Shown here in pieces: positions 17,688-27,840 of a DNA stretch of 64,000 nt (position 1 is the stretch's first letter; every line of letters begins with the position of its first letter). Source of the DNA: Acidobacteriaceae bacterium (GTDB taxonomy: Bacteria > Acidobacteriota > Terriglobia > Terriglobales > Acidobacteriaceae); contig JABFXN010000117.1 of assembly GCA_013361705.1 (NCBI GenBank), forward strand, positions 3,022 to 67,021, given 5' to 3'. Under the pieces are notes generated by a model, which was given only the letters and a program-made list of their open reading frames with translations, was not told the origin of the DNA and made no database searches. Made by a program: the position numbers and the translations under genes.

Positions 17688-19640
17688 TTATGCCTGTGAT
17701 TCAAGGGTGAGCGAGAGCTCTTCCCATTCTTGCATGAGCGACTGTAGTTGATCGCGGAGCTGCGATAGCAGCTCGGTCTGCCGCTGTGTCTCATCCGCAG
17801 AGACGAAGTTGCAGAGGGCCTGTTCGGTGGTCGCTATCGCCGATTCGGTGCGCGGAATCTCTTCTTCAAGGGAGCCCAGACGGTCTTCCAGTTGACGCAG
17901 TTTGATGGGGTTCAGGCGCCTGGCGCCCGCAGGCTGAACCACTTGCGAGGTCTGGGGTACGCCCCCGGGCTCGTTGCCGTTCTTTGTCTCACGCGGCTGA
18001 GACACCTTCGGCGTCTCGGCCTCTGCGGGAGCGGCCTGTCCTTCTTTCGTCCGCAGATAGTCTTCATAGTTTCCGGGATAGACGTGGACGTGGCCGCCCT
18101 CCACTTCGAAGACCTTCGTCGCCATGCCGTCGATGAAATAGCGGTCGTGCGAGACGAAGACCACGGTTCCGGTGAAGTTGCGGATCGCCTCCAGCAGCAC
18201 ATCATTGGCGCGCAGGTCGAGGTGGTTGGTGGGCTCGTCCATCAGCAGGAAGTTCGCCGGAGAAACCAGCATCTTGGCCAGGGCGTAGCGGTTGCGCTCG
18301 CCGCCGGAGAGCACGCCGAGCTGCTTGAAGACGTCGTCCCCGGAGAAGAGGAAGCAGCCCAGCAGCCCGCGCAGCTCGACTTCGGGAACCTTTGGTGCGG
18401 CAGACGAGATATCGTCCAGCATCTTGGCCTGCGGATCGAGCACCTTGTACTGGTCCTGCGCGAAGTAGTCTGCGGCCACGTTGTGGCCCAACTTGATCTC
18501 ACCGGAGGTGGGCGGCTCAAGCTGTGAGAGCAGACGGATCAGCGTGGATTTGCCTGCTCCGTTTGCGCCTACCAGCGCGATACGGTCGCCGCGGTCGATG
18601 GTGAAGCTTACGTTCTCCAGAACCTGTTTGGGGCCGTAGGACTTATCGATCCCCTTCGCTTCCAGAACGGTGCGCCCGCTGGCCGGCGGCTGAGGGAAGG
18701 TGAAGTGGATGGTGGACTCCTCTTCGGGGATCTCGATGCGCTCGATCTTTTCGAGCTCCTTGATACGCGACTGCACCTGCTTGGCCTTAGTGGCCTGGTA
18801 GCGGAAGCGGCCGATGAAAGCCTCGAGCTGCTCAATGTGGTCGCGCTGGTTCTTGTACGCCGACAGAAGCTGCTGTTTGCGCTCCTGTTTCTGCGTGACG
18901 TACTTCTCATAGCCGCCGGTGTAGAAGTGCAGCCGCTTGTTCCAGACCTCCGCAATCTTCTCGACAGTGACATCGAGAAAGTAGCGGTCGTGCGAGATAA
19001 GGATGAAGCCGTGCGGATAGCCCTTCAGATAGCCTTCGAGCCAGTTGCGTGATTCGAGATCCAGGTGGTTCGTAGGCTCGTCCAGCAGCAGCAATGACGG
19101 CTTTTGCAGGAGCAGCTTGGCCAGGGCGATACGCATCTGCCAGCCGCCAGAGAACTCGCTGGTGTCCCGGCCCCAGTCTTCTTTGCTGAAACCCAGACCT
19201 CCGAGAACGCTGCCTACCTGAGCATCGAGGGCATAGCCGTCGTGGGCGTGGAAGAGGTCATTGATCTCCGAGAAACGCTCAGCAACCTCGGTGTATTCGG
19301 ATGAGTTGGGATCCAGCTCCGACATGGCATGGGTGAGCTTCTCGAGCTCCCGCTCCATCTCGCGCTGGGATTGAAAGACGGTGAGGCACTCGTTGAAGAC
19401 GGTCCGGCCGGTGAGATTGAGACCGTCCTGCGGCAGATAGCCCAGGGTCATACCCTTGGTGCGGTGCAGCGCACCGTAGTCGAGGGTCTCGAGGCCGGCC
19501 AGGGTCTTCAACAGGGTGGATTTGCCGGTGCCATTGCCACCGACCAGCCCAGTGCGTTCATGGGCGGTGATCAGCCAGTTGGCTTCGTCGAAGAGCAATT
19601 TGGGGCCGAATCGTTTTCCGGCAGCAGCGAGTTGCAACAT
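17688..19640 (-). CDS. ABC-F family ATPase (Uup-like, with C-terminal coiled-coil extension)
   Basis: Two ABC cassettes (GGNGTGKST / GANGAGKST; LSGGWQ / LSGGER), no transmembrane domain and a C-terminal charged helical tail. The stop lies 2 nt before the ppc start. Confidence 0.9.
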   Translation of the reverse strand: MLQLAAAGKRFGPKLLFDEANWLITAHERTGLVGGNGTGKSTLLKTLAGLETLDYGALHRTKGMTLGYLPQDGLNLTGRTVFNECLTVFQSQREMERELEKLTHAMSELDPNSSEYTEVAERFSEINDLFHAHDGYALDAQVGSVLGGLGFSKEDWGRDTSEFSGGWQMRIALAKLLLQKPSLLLLDEPTNHLDLESRNWLEGYLKGYPHGFILISHDRYFLDVTVEKIAEVWNKRLHFYTGGYEKYVTQKQERKQQLLSAYKNQRDHIEQLEAFIGRFRYQATKAKQVQSRIKELEKIERIEIPEEESTIHFTFPQPPASGRTVLEAKGIDKSYGPKQVLENVSFTIDRGDRIALVGANGAGKSTLIRLLSQLEPPTSGEIKLGHNVAADYFAQDQYKVLDPQAKMLDDISSAAPKVPEVELRGLLGCFLFSGDDVFKQLGVLSGGERNRYALAKMLVSPANFLLMDEPTNHLDLRANDVLLEAIRNFTGTVVFVSHDRYFIDGMATKVFEVEGGHVHVYPGNYEDYLRTKEGQAAPAEAETPKVSQPRETKNGNEPGGVPQTSQVVQPAGARRLNPIKLRQLEDRLGSLEEEIPRTESAIATTEQALCNFVSADETQRQTELLSQLRDQLQSLMQEWEELSLTLESQA

Positions 19641-19665
19641 TCCTCTTCTATTTTCGCAGGTGTGG

Positions 19666-20772
19666 CTACTGTATGAGCGGACAGGACTTGATCATGCATT
19701 TCACATCAAGGCTAAACTTCGGCATCACTTGTTGATCGGCTCTCAACAAACCCCGTTCCCGGAGCTGAAAGACGGTTTGTCGAAGTTTCTTCTGTTCCGC
19801 CTCAACCGCACGCCCCAACTGTCGGCTGTATGCCGCTTGACCTTGCCACACAATCTTGGCCCTCTCCTCCGGATGCCAAGGCATCTCCTGCGCCGAAATT
19901 TCCAAGAAATGCGCGATCAGACGATGACGCGTTATGGCATTCAATGGCTGCACGAAATAGCACGAACCATGTCCCTGCGTTGCGACATAGCGCTTGTAAC
20001 CGATGACATCGTCATCCACACGGATCAGCTCTCCGTGCGCCGAACTATCATTCTCTGACAGCTCGTAGGTGTACACATAGGGCCAGCCAACCGGATAAGG
20101 CACTCCGATGGAATCGCCACACGTAACGCTGCCTCCCAGACCAAAACCACTGTTGTTCGTTGCAACAAGATAGATCGTGAGGTGTTCCTCAGACTTTGCA
20201 ACGATGGGACCGACCAGTGTCGGATCGGGCTGTGCGGCCAGCATCATTGCCGCGAGCCTTGCCAACATCTGAGCTTTCCAGTCTCCTCTTTCAGAGGAGA
20301 ACCAGCCCCGCAATAACTCCCGCGATTCTTCCAGGGGAAGTTGATGTGCCAGCAGAGCCGCATGAGTCGGGAAATCCTCCTCGATTGCTCGAATCGTTCC
20401 CGGAGAAACAGGCCTCCCTCCCTGAATCAACGCGTCCAGCATCGCTGATATCGCCAGTCGCGATGGATCGTATCCATACATCGAATACGGTTGCCCTGGA
20501 CTTGGTGAAACCAGCTGTTCCCTCACCATCCTCTCCATCGTGTCCATCGACGGATGATCCTGCGTCTTTTCGGCGAAGTATGCTGCCCAGGCGATCAATC
20601 GTGGATCTCCACTCGCCAGCCACTGCTGCAGCATCTGCGGTGTTGTAGCCGTCTCTGTCGTTATCACACGCATAGGGCCGAGTTGCATCTCAGGCCCAGC
20701 AACGGCCTGTTGCGCGACAGCTACCGGAACCAGGCAGGACACCCACAGCAAACCCAACAGAGAGTGGCGCAT
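19666..20772 (-). CDS. Secreted hypothetical protein (368 aa)
   Basis: Signal peptide MRHSLLGLLWVSCLVPVAVAQQ. I recognise no domain. Confidence 0.55.
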   Translation of the reverse strand: MRHSLLGLLWVSCLVPVAVAQQAVAGPEMQLGPMRVITTETATTPQMLQQWLASGDPRLIAWAAYFAEKTQDHPSMDTMERMVREQLVSPSPGQPYSMYGYDPSRLAISAMLDALIQGGRPVSPGTIRAIEEDFPTHAALLAHQLPLEESRELLRGWFSSERGDWKAQMLARLAAMMLAAQPDPTLVGPIVAKSEEHLTIYLVATNNSGFGLGGSVTCGDSIGVPYPVGWPYVYTYELSENDSSAHGELIRVDDDVIGYKRYVATQGHGSCYFVQPLNAITRHRLIAHFLEISAQEMPWHPEERAKIVWQGQAAYSRQLGRAVEAEQKKLRQTVFQLRERGLLRADQQVMPKFSLDVKCMIKSCPLIQ

Positions 20773-20897
20773 GTATCACCCAATATGGTTAGACGACGCA
20801 ATCCATTCGAATGTTCCCAACCGCACACTTCTTTGGCAGCACATCCCCGCCATGCGGCATCTCAAAAGCCAGCACGACGTGCAGGAAAGGCATTGCA

Positions 20898-22577
20898 GTG
20901 AACGATGAAGAACGCGAGCTTGCCAGCGGTTCCCCCGCCTCCGAATCCACTCCACATCCTTCCCGCCCCAAACGCCGCTTTCGCTGGCTGAAATGGGTCG
21001 GTATGGCTGCGAGCCTCGGGCTGCTGATCTTAGGCAGCGCCACATGGTGGCTTGCCCGCCACGCTGAACCCTTGATGCGCCAGCGCATCATCGACACGCT
21101 CTCCGCTCACTTCCAATCGCCGGTCGAGCTGGATGAGTTCCACGTCACCGTCGCCAAAGGTCTTGGGGTGGAAGGCAAGGGCCTGCGCATCATGTATCTG
21201 ACAGAAGTGAATGCGCAGGGGCAGCGGCGTGAAGAACCGATGCTGGTCGTCGACGAGTTCTACTTCCGCAGCACGCTAGCCAATCTGCGCAAATCACCCA
21301 TGCATGTCGGAGAGGTCCACGTCACCGGCCTGCATCTCCGCAAGCCACCCAAAGAAGACCGTAAGATAACGCCGCCGGAACCGAAGAAGCCGCCGAAGGA
21401 GTCCATCGTGGTCGACCGCATCATCGTCGATCATGCCGACCTGGTGATGGAGACGCACAAGGAAAACAAGGAGCCGCTTGAATGGGATATTGCACATGTA
21501 GTTTTAGTTGACGTCGGCGCGAAGCGCCCATTCGTTTACACCGCGACACTGGTCAATCCCAAGCCCCTGGGTAACATCGCCTCCAAGGGTCACTTTGGCC
21601 CCTGGAACATCTTCGTTCCCGGCGACACGCCGCTGGACGGAACCTACGAGTTCTCCAATGCCGACTTGAGTACGACAAAGGGTATCGCCGGAATTCTCTC
21701 GTCGAAAGGCAGCTTCGGCGGAACGCTGGACGATATCGTTGCCGACGGCGAAACCGACACACCGGACTTTCGTCTGGACGTCAGTGAACATCCCGTGCCT
21801 CTGCACACGAAATATCACGCCATCATCGACGGCACCAATGGAGATGTCCTGCTGCAGCCGGTCGAGGCGTGGCTTTTGAAGAGCTACTTCGTCTGCGTCG
21901 GCCACGTAATCAACAACAAAAACCCCAAAGGCAAAGACATCCGCCTTGATGTCGTAATGCCGAAGGCTCGCATCGAAGACATGCTGCGCCTGGGAGTCAA
22001 AACCACTCCTCCGCTGATGACTGGCGGCTTCAAGATGAAGACCAAACTGCATATTCCTCCGGGGGATGTTGCAGTGGCGAAGAAGATCGAGCTGAGCGAC
22101 GGCACCTTTGAGATCCGCAGCGCCCATTTCACCAACGACAAGATTCAGGAGAAGATCGACGCATTGAGCATGCGCGCACAGGGCCGCCCCAAAGAAGCCA
22201 ATGCGCTGGACACCGCAACCTTCGATATCCCCAGTGACATGCGCGGGAGCTTCCAGCTTAAGAACGGCATCATCAACGTCCCCTCTCTGCGCTATGACAT
22301 ACCGGGCGCCCAGGTGCTGATGCTCGGTGAGTACTCAACCGACGGCAACACCTTCGACTTCGTCGGCAAGGTCCGCACCAAGGCCCGGATAAGCCAGATG
22401 GTGACGGGATGGAAAGGATGGCTGCTGAAGCCTGCTGACCCATTCTTCAAAAAACATGGCGCCGGGGCAGAGATTCCGGTAAAGATCAATGGCACCAAGG
22501 ACGAGCCCCACTTCGGTACCGATTTCAAGGACGACCGGACGAAGAACCTGGGGAAGGATTTGCCGCCACCGCGGTAA
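20898..22577 (+). CDS. Membrane-anchored large hypothetical protein, possibly AsmA-like/DUF748
   Basis: I chose the GTG start at 20898. There is an N-terminal TM helix (WLKWVGMAASLGLLILGSATWW) and a long beta-rich body. The AsmA-like assignment is an impression only. Confidence 0.55.
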   Translation: MNDEERELASGSPASESTPHPSRPKRRFRWLKWVGMAASLGLLILGSATWWLARHAEPLMRQRIIDTLSAHFQSPVELDEFHVTVAKGLGVEGKGLRIMYLTEVNAQGQRREEPMLVVDEFYFRSTLANLRKSPMHVGEVHVTGLHLRKPPKEDRKITPPEPKKPPKESIVVDRIIVDHADLVMETHKENKEPLEWDIAHVVLVDVGAKRPFVYTATLVNPKPLGNIASKGHFGPWNIFVPGDTPLDGTYEFSNADLSTTKGIAGILSSKGSFGGTLDDIVADGETDTPDFRLDVSEHPVPLHTKYHAIIDGTNGDVLLQPVEAWLLKSYFVCVGHVINNKNPKGKDIRLDVVMPKARIEDMLRLGVKTTPPLMTGGFKMKTKLHIPPGDVAVAKKIELSDGTFEIRSAHFTNDKIQEKIDALSMRAQGRPKEANALDTATFDIPSDMRGSFQLKNGIINVPSLRYDIPGAQVLMLGEYSTDGNTFDFVGKVRTKARISQMVTGWKGWLLKPADPFFKKHGAGAEIPVKINGTKDEPHFGTDFKDDRTKNLGKDLPPPR

Positions 22578-22578
22578 G

Positions 22579-22690
22579 GCAGTTGCTGGTTGCTAGTTCC
22601 TGGTTGCTAGTTGTGCCTAGGCTCTCCAATCAACCCATACTCTGGGTGCCCCACCCATCGCAACGCGATGGGCGGGGCATAGGGGCTATC
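22579..22690 (+). repeat. Composite intergenic repeat (R2 GTTGCTRG array plus inverted R1 module), copy 2
   Basis: GCAGTTGCTGGTTGCTAGTTCCTGGTTGCTAGTTG at 22579-22613 matches 26322-26356 in 34 of 35 positions. It is followed by CCCATACTCTGGGTGCCC (22634-22651) and the hairpin CCCATCGC-AAC-GCGATGGG. Confidence 0.75.
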
Positions 22691-22975
22691 GAATATGTCT
22701 CTTCCGCACTCTGGGATGCTCTGGAGTACCCGCTGGTCCCTCCCGGCATACCGGTGACAGCCGAAGTCCTGCTGCTTCAGGATCTCGATCGCCCGTTTCA
22801 GCGCCTTCCTCGTGGCCGGCTGGCGCACCCAGCCGCAGTGCGGCGGAGAGCTTTCGACCCAGTTCACCAGCTCCGGGGCGATCTTCTGGGGAATACCGCA
22901 GCCCATGCACTCGTTCTGGATGACATAAAAGTCGCCGGGGACAGAGCGAGGGTCTGCTGTAAAACGTGGCTCCAT
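22607..22975 (-). CDS. Small Cys-containing hypothetical protein (ferredoxin-like?)
   Basis: 122 aa with the motif [14 protein letters not shown]... The last ~20 codons (..[15 protein letters not shown]) are encoded by the repeat element, so the true C-terminus is uncertain. Confidence 0.45.
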   Translation of the reverse strand: MEPRFTADPRSVPGDFYVIQNECMGCGIPQKIAPELVNWVESSPPHCGWVRQPATRKALKRAIEILKQQDFGCHRYAGRDQRVLQSIPECGRDIFDSPYAPPIALRWVGHPEYGLIGEPRHN

Positions 22976-23103
22976 AGGGTCGATAGGGAAAGATTAGCCT
23001 TCCCGGCGGCCCGCCGCCAGCCCGTGCTGGTAAACTGTTGGAGGCGGCAGATTCCTGCCGGTTCCCCGCAAAACTCAAGTTTTCAGAACAGGATCCACTT
23101 CCC

Positions 23104-24921
<1,818 letters not shown>

Positions 24922-24953
24922 TAGGCTTACGTCTAAGAGCTAGTCTCGGAGAT

Positions 24954-25259
24954 TTGATGGCAGTACAGCCGGAAGCAGCACACGAGGAAAGACAGCACCA
25001 CGATCGTCCGGCCCCCGTCTGGCTGCAACGCATTTCGCTGTTCATCCTGGTGTTGTTCTGTGTCTACCTGGGTGTGCTGGTGACGGTGCTTCCGTGGTGG
25101 GCCCGCGTCTGGGACCACAACAATCTCTTCAATGCCTATCCCGCCATCGGCGCCATTCTACGGAATGGCGCCATCAAGGGCCTGATCTCGGGCTTGGGCC
25201 TGCTGGATATCTGGATCGGCATCAGCGAAGTGATCCAATATCGCGACTACCGCGGCTAA
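24954..25259 (+). CDS. Small membrane protein (about 100 aa), hypothetical
   Basis: Two predicted TM helices (ISLFILVLFCVYLGVLVTVLPWW; LISGLGLLDIWIGI). It starts 33 nt after typA. Confidence 0.5.
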   Translation: MMAVQPEAAHEERQHHDRPAPVWLQRISLFILVLFCVYLGVLVTVLPWWARVWDHNNLFNAYPAIGAILRNGAIKGLISGLGLLDIWIGISEVIQYRDYRG

Positions 25260-25263
25260 GCGC

Positions 25264-25357
25264 GATTGAATAATGGAATAAATGAATGATTGAATGATGC
25301 CCGACCTAACCCGGTGGCCGTTGTTCAATTATTCAATCATTCATTTATTCCATTACT
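25264..25357. repeat. AT-rich 8-nt periodic inverted repeat (family R3) forming a 24-bp perfect stem
   Basis: AATGGAATAAATGAATGATTGAAT (25271-25294) is the exact reverse complement of 25330-25353, with a 35-nt GC-rich loop. It lies between the membrane protein stop and the LOG-family start. Confidence 0.8.
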
Positions 25358-25367
25358 CTTTATTCCT

Positions 25368-26318
25368 ATGAGTCACCCGCAGCATCCGGTTCCGGATCCC
25401 CTCCAGCACGCTCCCCTCGCCTACGAGGACGAGCACTTCATCAACTCCCCCGATGGACGCATCTTCCGCATTCTGGCAGAGTACTCTGAGCCTCTTGCGC
25501 GCTTCCGTAAGGAGCGTGTCCAGGACACGGTCGTCTTCTTCGGCTCTGCCCGCTTTATTGGTATGGACGCCGCCGAAGATCAGATGCGGCTGCTCGAGAA
25601 CACTGGTTCGGCGAAGCTTGCACCGGAAGAAGAACAGCCGGACTTCGACGGCGAAGAGACCAGCGAACTGAAGAAGAAGCGCACCGAAGCCGCCATTGAG
25701 ATGGCTCGCTATTACGAAGACGCGCGCACACTGGCGCACATGATGGCTACCTGGGCGATGAAGCTCCCCGGCCGCCGCAACCGCTTCGTCGTCACCTCCG
25801 GCGGAGGTCCCGGCATTATGGAGGCCGCGAACCGCGGCGCCACCGAGGCCGGAGCCAAGACCATCGGCCTGAACATCGCGCTTCCCTTCGAACAGCTGCC
25901 GAACCCCTGGATCACCCCGGAGCTCAACTTCCAGTTCCACTACTTCTTCATGCGTAAGTACTGGTTTGCCTACCTGGCAAAGGCGCTGGTGGTCTTTCCC
26001 GGAGGCTTTGGAACGCTGGACGAGATGTTCGAGCTCCTGACCCTGGCCCAGACCCGCAAGCTGGCTAAACAAATCACGGTCGTGATCTACGGACGCGAAT
26101 ACTGGTCGCAGGTCATCAATCTCGATGTGCTGGTAGACAAGGGCGCCATCGCCGTCAAAGACCGCGATCTCTTCCAGTTTGCCGACACACCGGAAGAAGC
26201 GTTCCGCCTTCTGGTCGACGGCCTGACGAAGAACCATCTACAACCGCAAGCCGAACTGGCAACTCCGCCTAGCGTGGAAGACTTTGTCGGCCCGGATATT
26301 GCGAAGACCCGCGGGTGA
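25368..26318 (+). CDS. LOG-family / TIGR00730 Rossmann-fold nucleotide-binding protein (cytokinin riboside 5'-monophosphate phosphoribohydrolase-like)
   Basis: PGGFGTLDEMFE motif and GGGPGIMEAANRGA. I start at the internal ATG at 25368, because the upstream part of the track ORF is the AT-rich repeat. Confidence 0.85.
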   Translation: MSHPQHPVPDPLQHAPLAYEDEHFINSPDGRIFRILAEYSEPLARFRKERVQDTVVFFGSARFIGMDAAEDQMRLLENTGSAKLAPEEEQPDFDGEETSELKKKRTEAAIEMARYYEDARTLAHMMATWAMKLPGRRNRFVVTSGGGPGIMEAANRGATEAGAKTIGLNIALPFEQLPNPWITPELNFQFHYFFMRKYWFAYLAKALVVFPGGFGTLDEMFELLTLAQTRKLAKQITVVIYGREYWSQVINLDVLVDKGAIAVKDRDLFQFADTPEEAFRLLVDGLTKNHLQPQAELATPPSVEDFVGPDIAKTRG

Positions 26319-26321
26319 AAA

Positions 26322-26480
26322 GCAGTTGCTGGTTGCTGGTTCCTGGTTGCTAGTTGGGTGCATCGACAAGTTCGGTCGAGCCCATACTCTGGGTGCCCCA
26401 TATATGCGAAGCATATGTGGGATATTCGGGTCCCCCGCGAACTTGCTTTGCTGGGGTGAACTATTCGAGCGAAGCTCAAA
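26322..26480 (+). repeat. Composite intergenic repeat (R2 plus R1 modules), copy 3
   Basis: R2 35-mer at 26322-26356, CCCATACTCTGGGTGCCC at 26381-26398, the hairpin CCATATATGC-GAA-GCATATGTGG, then an R1 hairpin module at 26432-26456. Confidence 0.75.
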
Positions 26481-26543
26481 CTGGTGGGACCCGTCGGCTT
26501 CATCCCGCTGCTCCCACCACTTTCCATAGGACTCGCAACTCGG

Positions 26544-26954
26544 TTAGCTGCTCTCCACCGGTTGCAGCTCCGGCAGAACCTCAGGTTCCCAATCCGATTC
26601 CGTCCACATCCAGAGAGCGCCTGGCAGCACGATGCAAAAAGAGACGAGACCAACGAACCACACGACAGGGTCGAGGAGAAGGCGAGGGTTCGAGGTGACA
26701 TCTGGCCGGCCGGGTAATAGAACCCATGCCGTCAGATAGACGATCAGCACGACAAACAATGTCATCTGAAGGATCTTCCAGGAGCGCTCCATGGTCTGGA
26801 GACGCAAGATCTCGCGTGACTCATCAGACGCCGGCGTGAACATATACGAACCCACGCGATAGTCGTTCAGCAGCAATTCTCGCTCGGCTTCCTTGAGTTC
26901 GTCCCATCGCTGGCTGAACTGATAGATCGCCCGATCGTCCAGATTCGTTACCAA
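26544..26954 (-). CDS. Membrane protein fragment or hypothetical protein (TTG-initiated in the track)
   Basis: Protein-like soluble segment (DDRAIYQFSQRWDELKEAERELLLNDY) followed by 2 TM helices. There is no ATG or SD at the 5' end. See the frameshift finding. Confidence 0.5.
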   Translation of the reverse strand: MVTNLDDRAIYQFSQRWDELKEAERELLLNDYRVGSYMFTPASDESREILRLQTMERSWKILQMTLFVVLIVYLTAWVLLPGRPDVTSNPRLLLDPVVWFVGLVSFCIVLPGALWMWTESDWEPEVLPELQPVESS

Positions 26955-27165
26955 ACTCCCGGCGCTTCCAGCCGGTTGTGAAAACCAGACTCATAACCAG
27001 GATATTGAAAAGCATCACTCCTTGAAGGAAGCTATGATGCTTTGCTCCGAGGCTGACCAACCAGATGAATCCGAGCAGCAGAGAGACCCAAATAACCTGC
27101 CGCCGTCTCCAGCGCTGAGAACGAAACTTCAATGTGCGTTTCAGGGTAAGACTTGGTTTTCCCAT
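26824..27165 (-). CDS. N-terminal membrane segment, possibly the 5' part of a frameshifted gene continuing in 26544-26954
   Basis: MGKPSLTLKRTLKFRSQRWRRRQVIWVSLLLGFIWLV..ILVMSLVFTTGW gives 2 TM helices. After about 26955 this frame becomes Arg/Gly-rich and not protein-like. Confidence 0.35.
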   Translation of the reverse strand: MGKPSLTLKRTLKFRSQRWRRRQVIWVSLLLGFIWLVSLGAKHHSFLQGVMLFNILVMSLVFTTGWKRREFGNESGRSGDLSVQPAMGRTQGSRARIAAERLSRGFVYVHAGV

Positions 27166-27208
27166 AACTCTCCCGTCGCCAGATGAGAAAGAGTGAACTC
27201 TATTCTGA

Positions 27209-27232
27209 GCACTATTCAACTATTCAACAACG
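27209..27232. repeat. R3 TTGAAT octamer array (single arm)
   Basis: The minus strand reads TGTTGAATAGTTGAATAGTG. The stop codon of the 27220-27813 gene is embedded in it. Confidence 0.6.
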
Positions 27233-27813
27233 GAACGATTCAACCCTCTTCCAAATAACGCCCTCGGCCCCGCCATTAAAAACCGGTAAATAATCAGCGG
27301 AATGTGCTGCAGGTCCGCTCCGAGCGAATCAGCCTGGCCGTCCGTGAGGATTGCTCCCTCTTCCATCGCGAACCAGTTGAATCCTGTCGACAACGCGGCC
27401 AGCAAAAAACTGGCGACCAGGCTGCCGCGGATCTTCTGGGGTGAGACCCAGGTATGCACTACATACTGCACGCCGACGAGCGCCGCGGGAATCGCCACCA
27501 GCATGATCAACGCCGTGGCCCAGAGTGGGCGGGCATCGCGAAGGCGTTGGATGATGGAGCCAAGAAAACCGCCTAATCCAGCGGCAAATACAGCTTCGGT
27601 CAGCATGGCGCCGAGCGCCTGACCGGCGGCGGCGTGATGGTCAGAGATAAAGAAGATGGGTGCACGTAGCGCAGCACTGAAGAGGGCAGCCTTCCAGTTC
27701 CATTCGCGAAGGAGGTGCTGGCCGGGGTTGCGGAGAATATCCACCAGGGCGCCGTGAAGCGTGGTGGAGGGTGGCGCTGAAGATTCCGTGATCATGCAGG
27801 CTACACACAGCAT
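27220..27813 (-). CDS. Hypothetical integral membrane protein
   Basis: Several hydrophobic helices and no recognised domain. An alternative start is at 27795. Confidence 0.5.
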   Translation of the reverse strand: MLCVACMITESSAPPSTTLHGALVDILRNPGQHLLREWNWKAALFSAALRAPIFFISDHHAAAGQALGAMLTEAVFAAGLGGFLGSIIQRLRDARPLWATALIMLVAIPAALVGVQYVVHTWVSPQKIRGSLVASFLLAALSTGFNWFAMEEGAILTDGQADSLGADLQHIPLIIYRFLMAGPRALFGRGLNRSVVE

Positions 27814-27840
27814 AGACGGAGCACTGTTACGCTAGCTTGC

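Noticed and set aside
21504-22127. 207-aa minus-strand ORF
   Set aside because: It is antisense to the large membrane-anchored protein gene.
25353-26237. 294-aa minus-strand ORF
   Set aside because: It is antisense to the LOG-family gene, which carries the diagnostic PGGxGTxxE motif.
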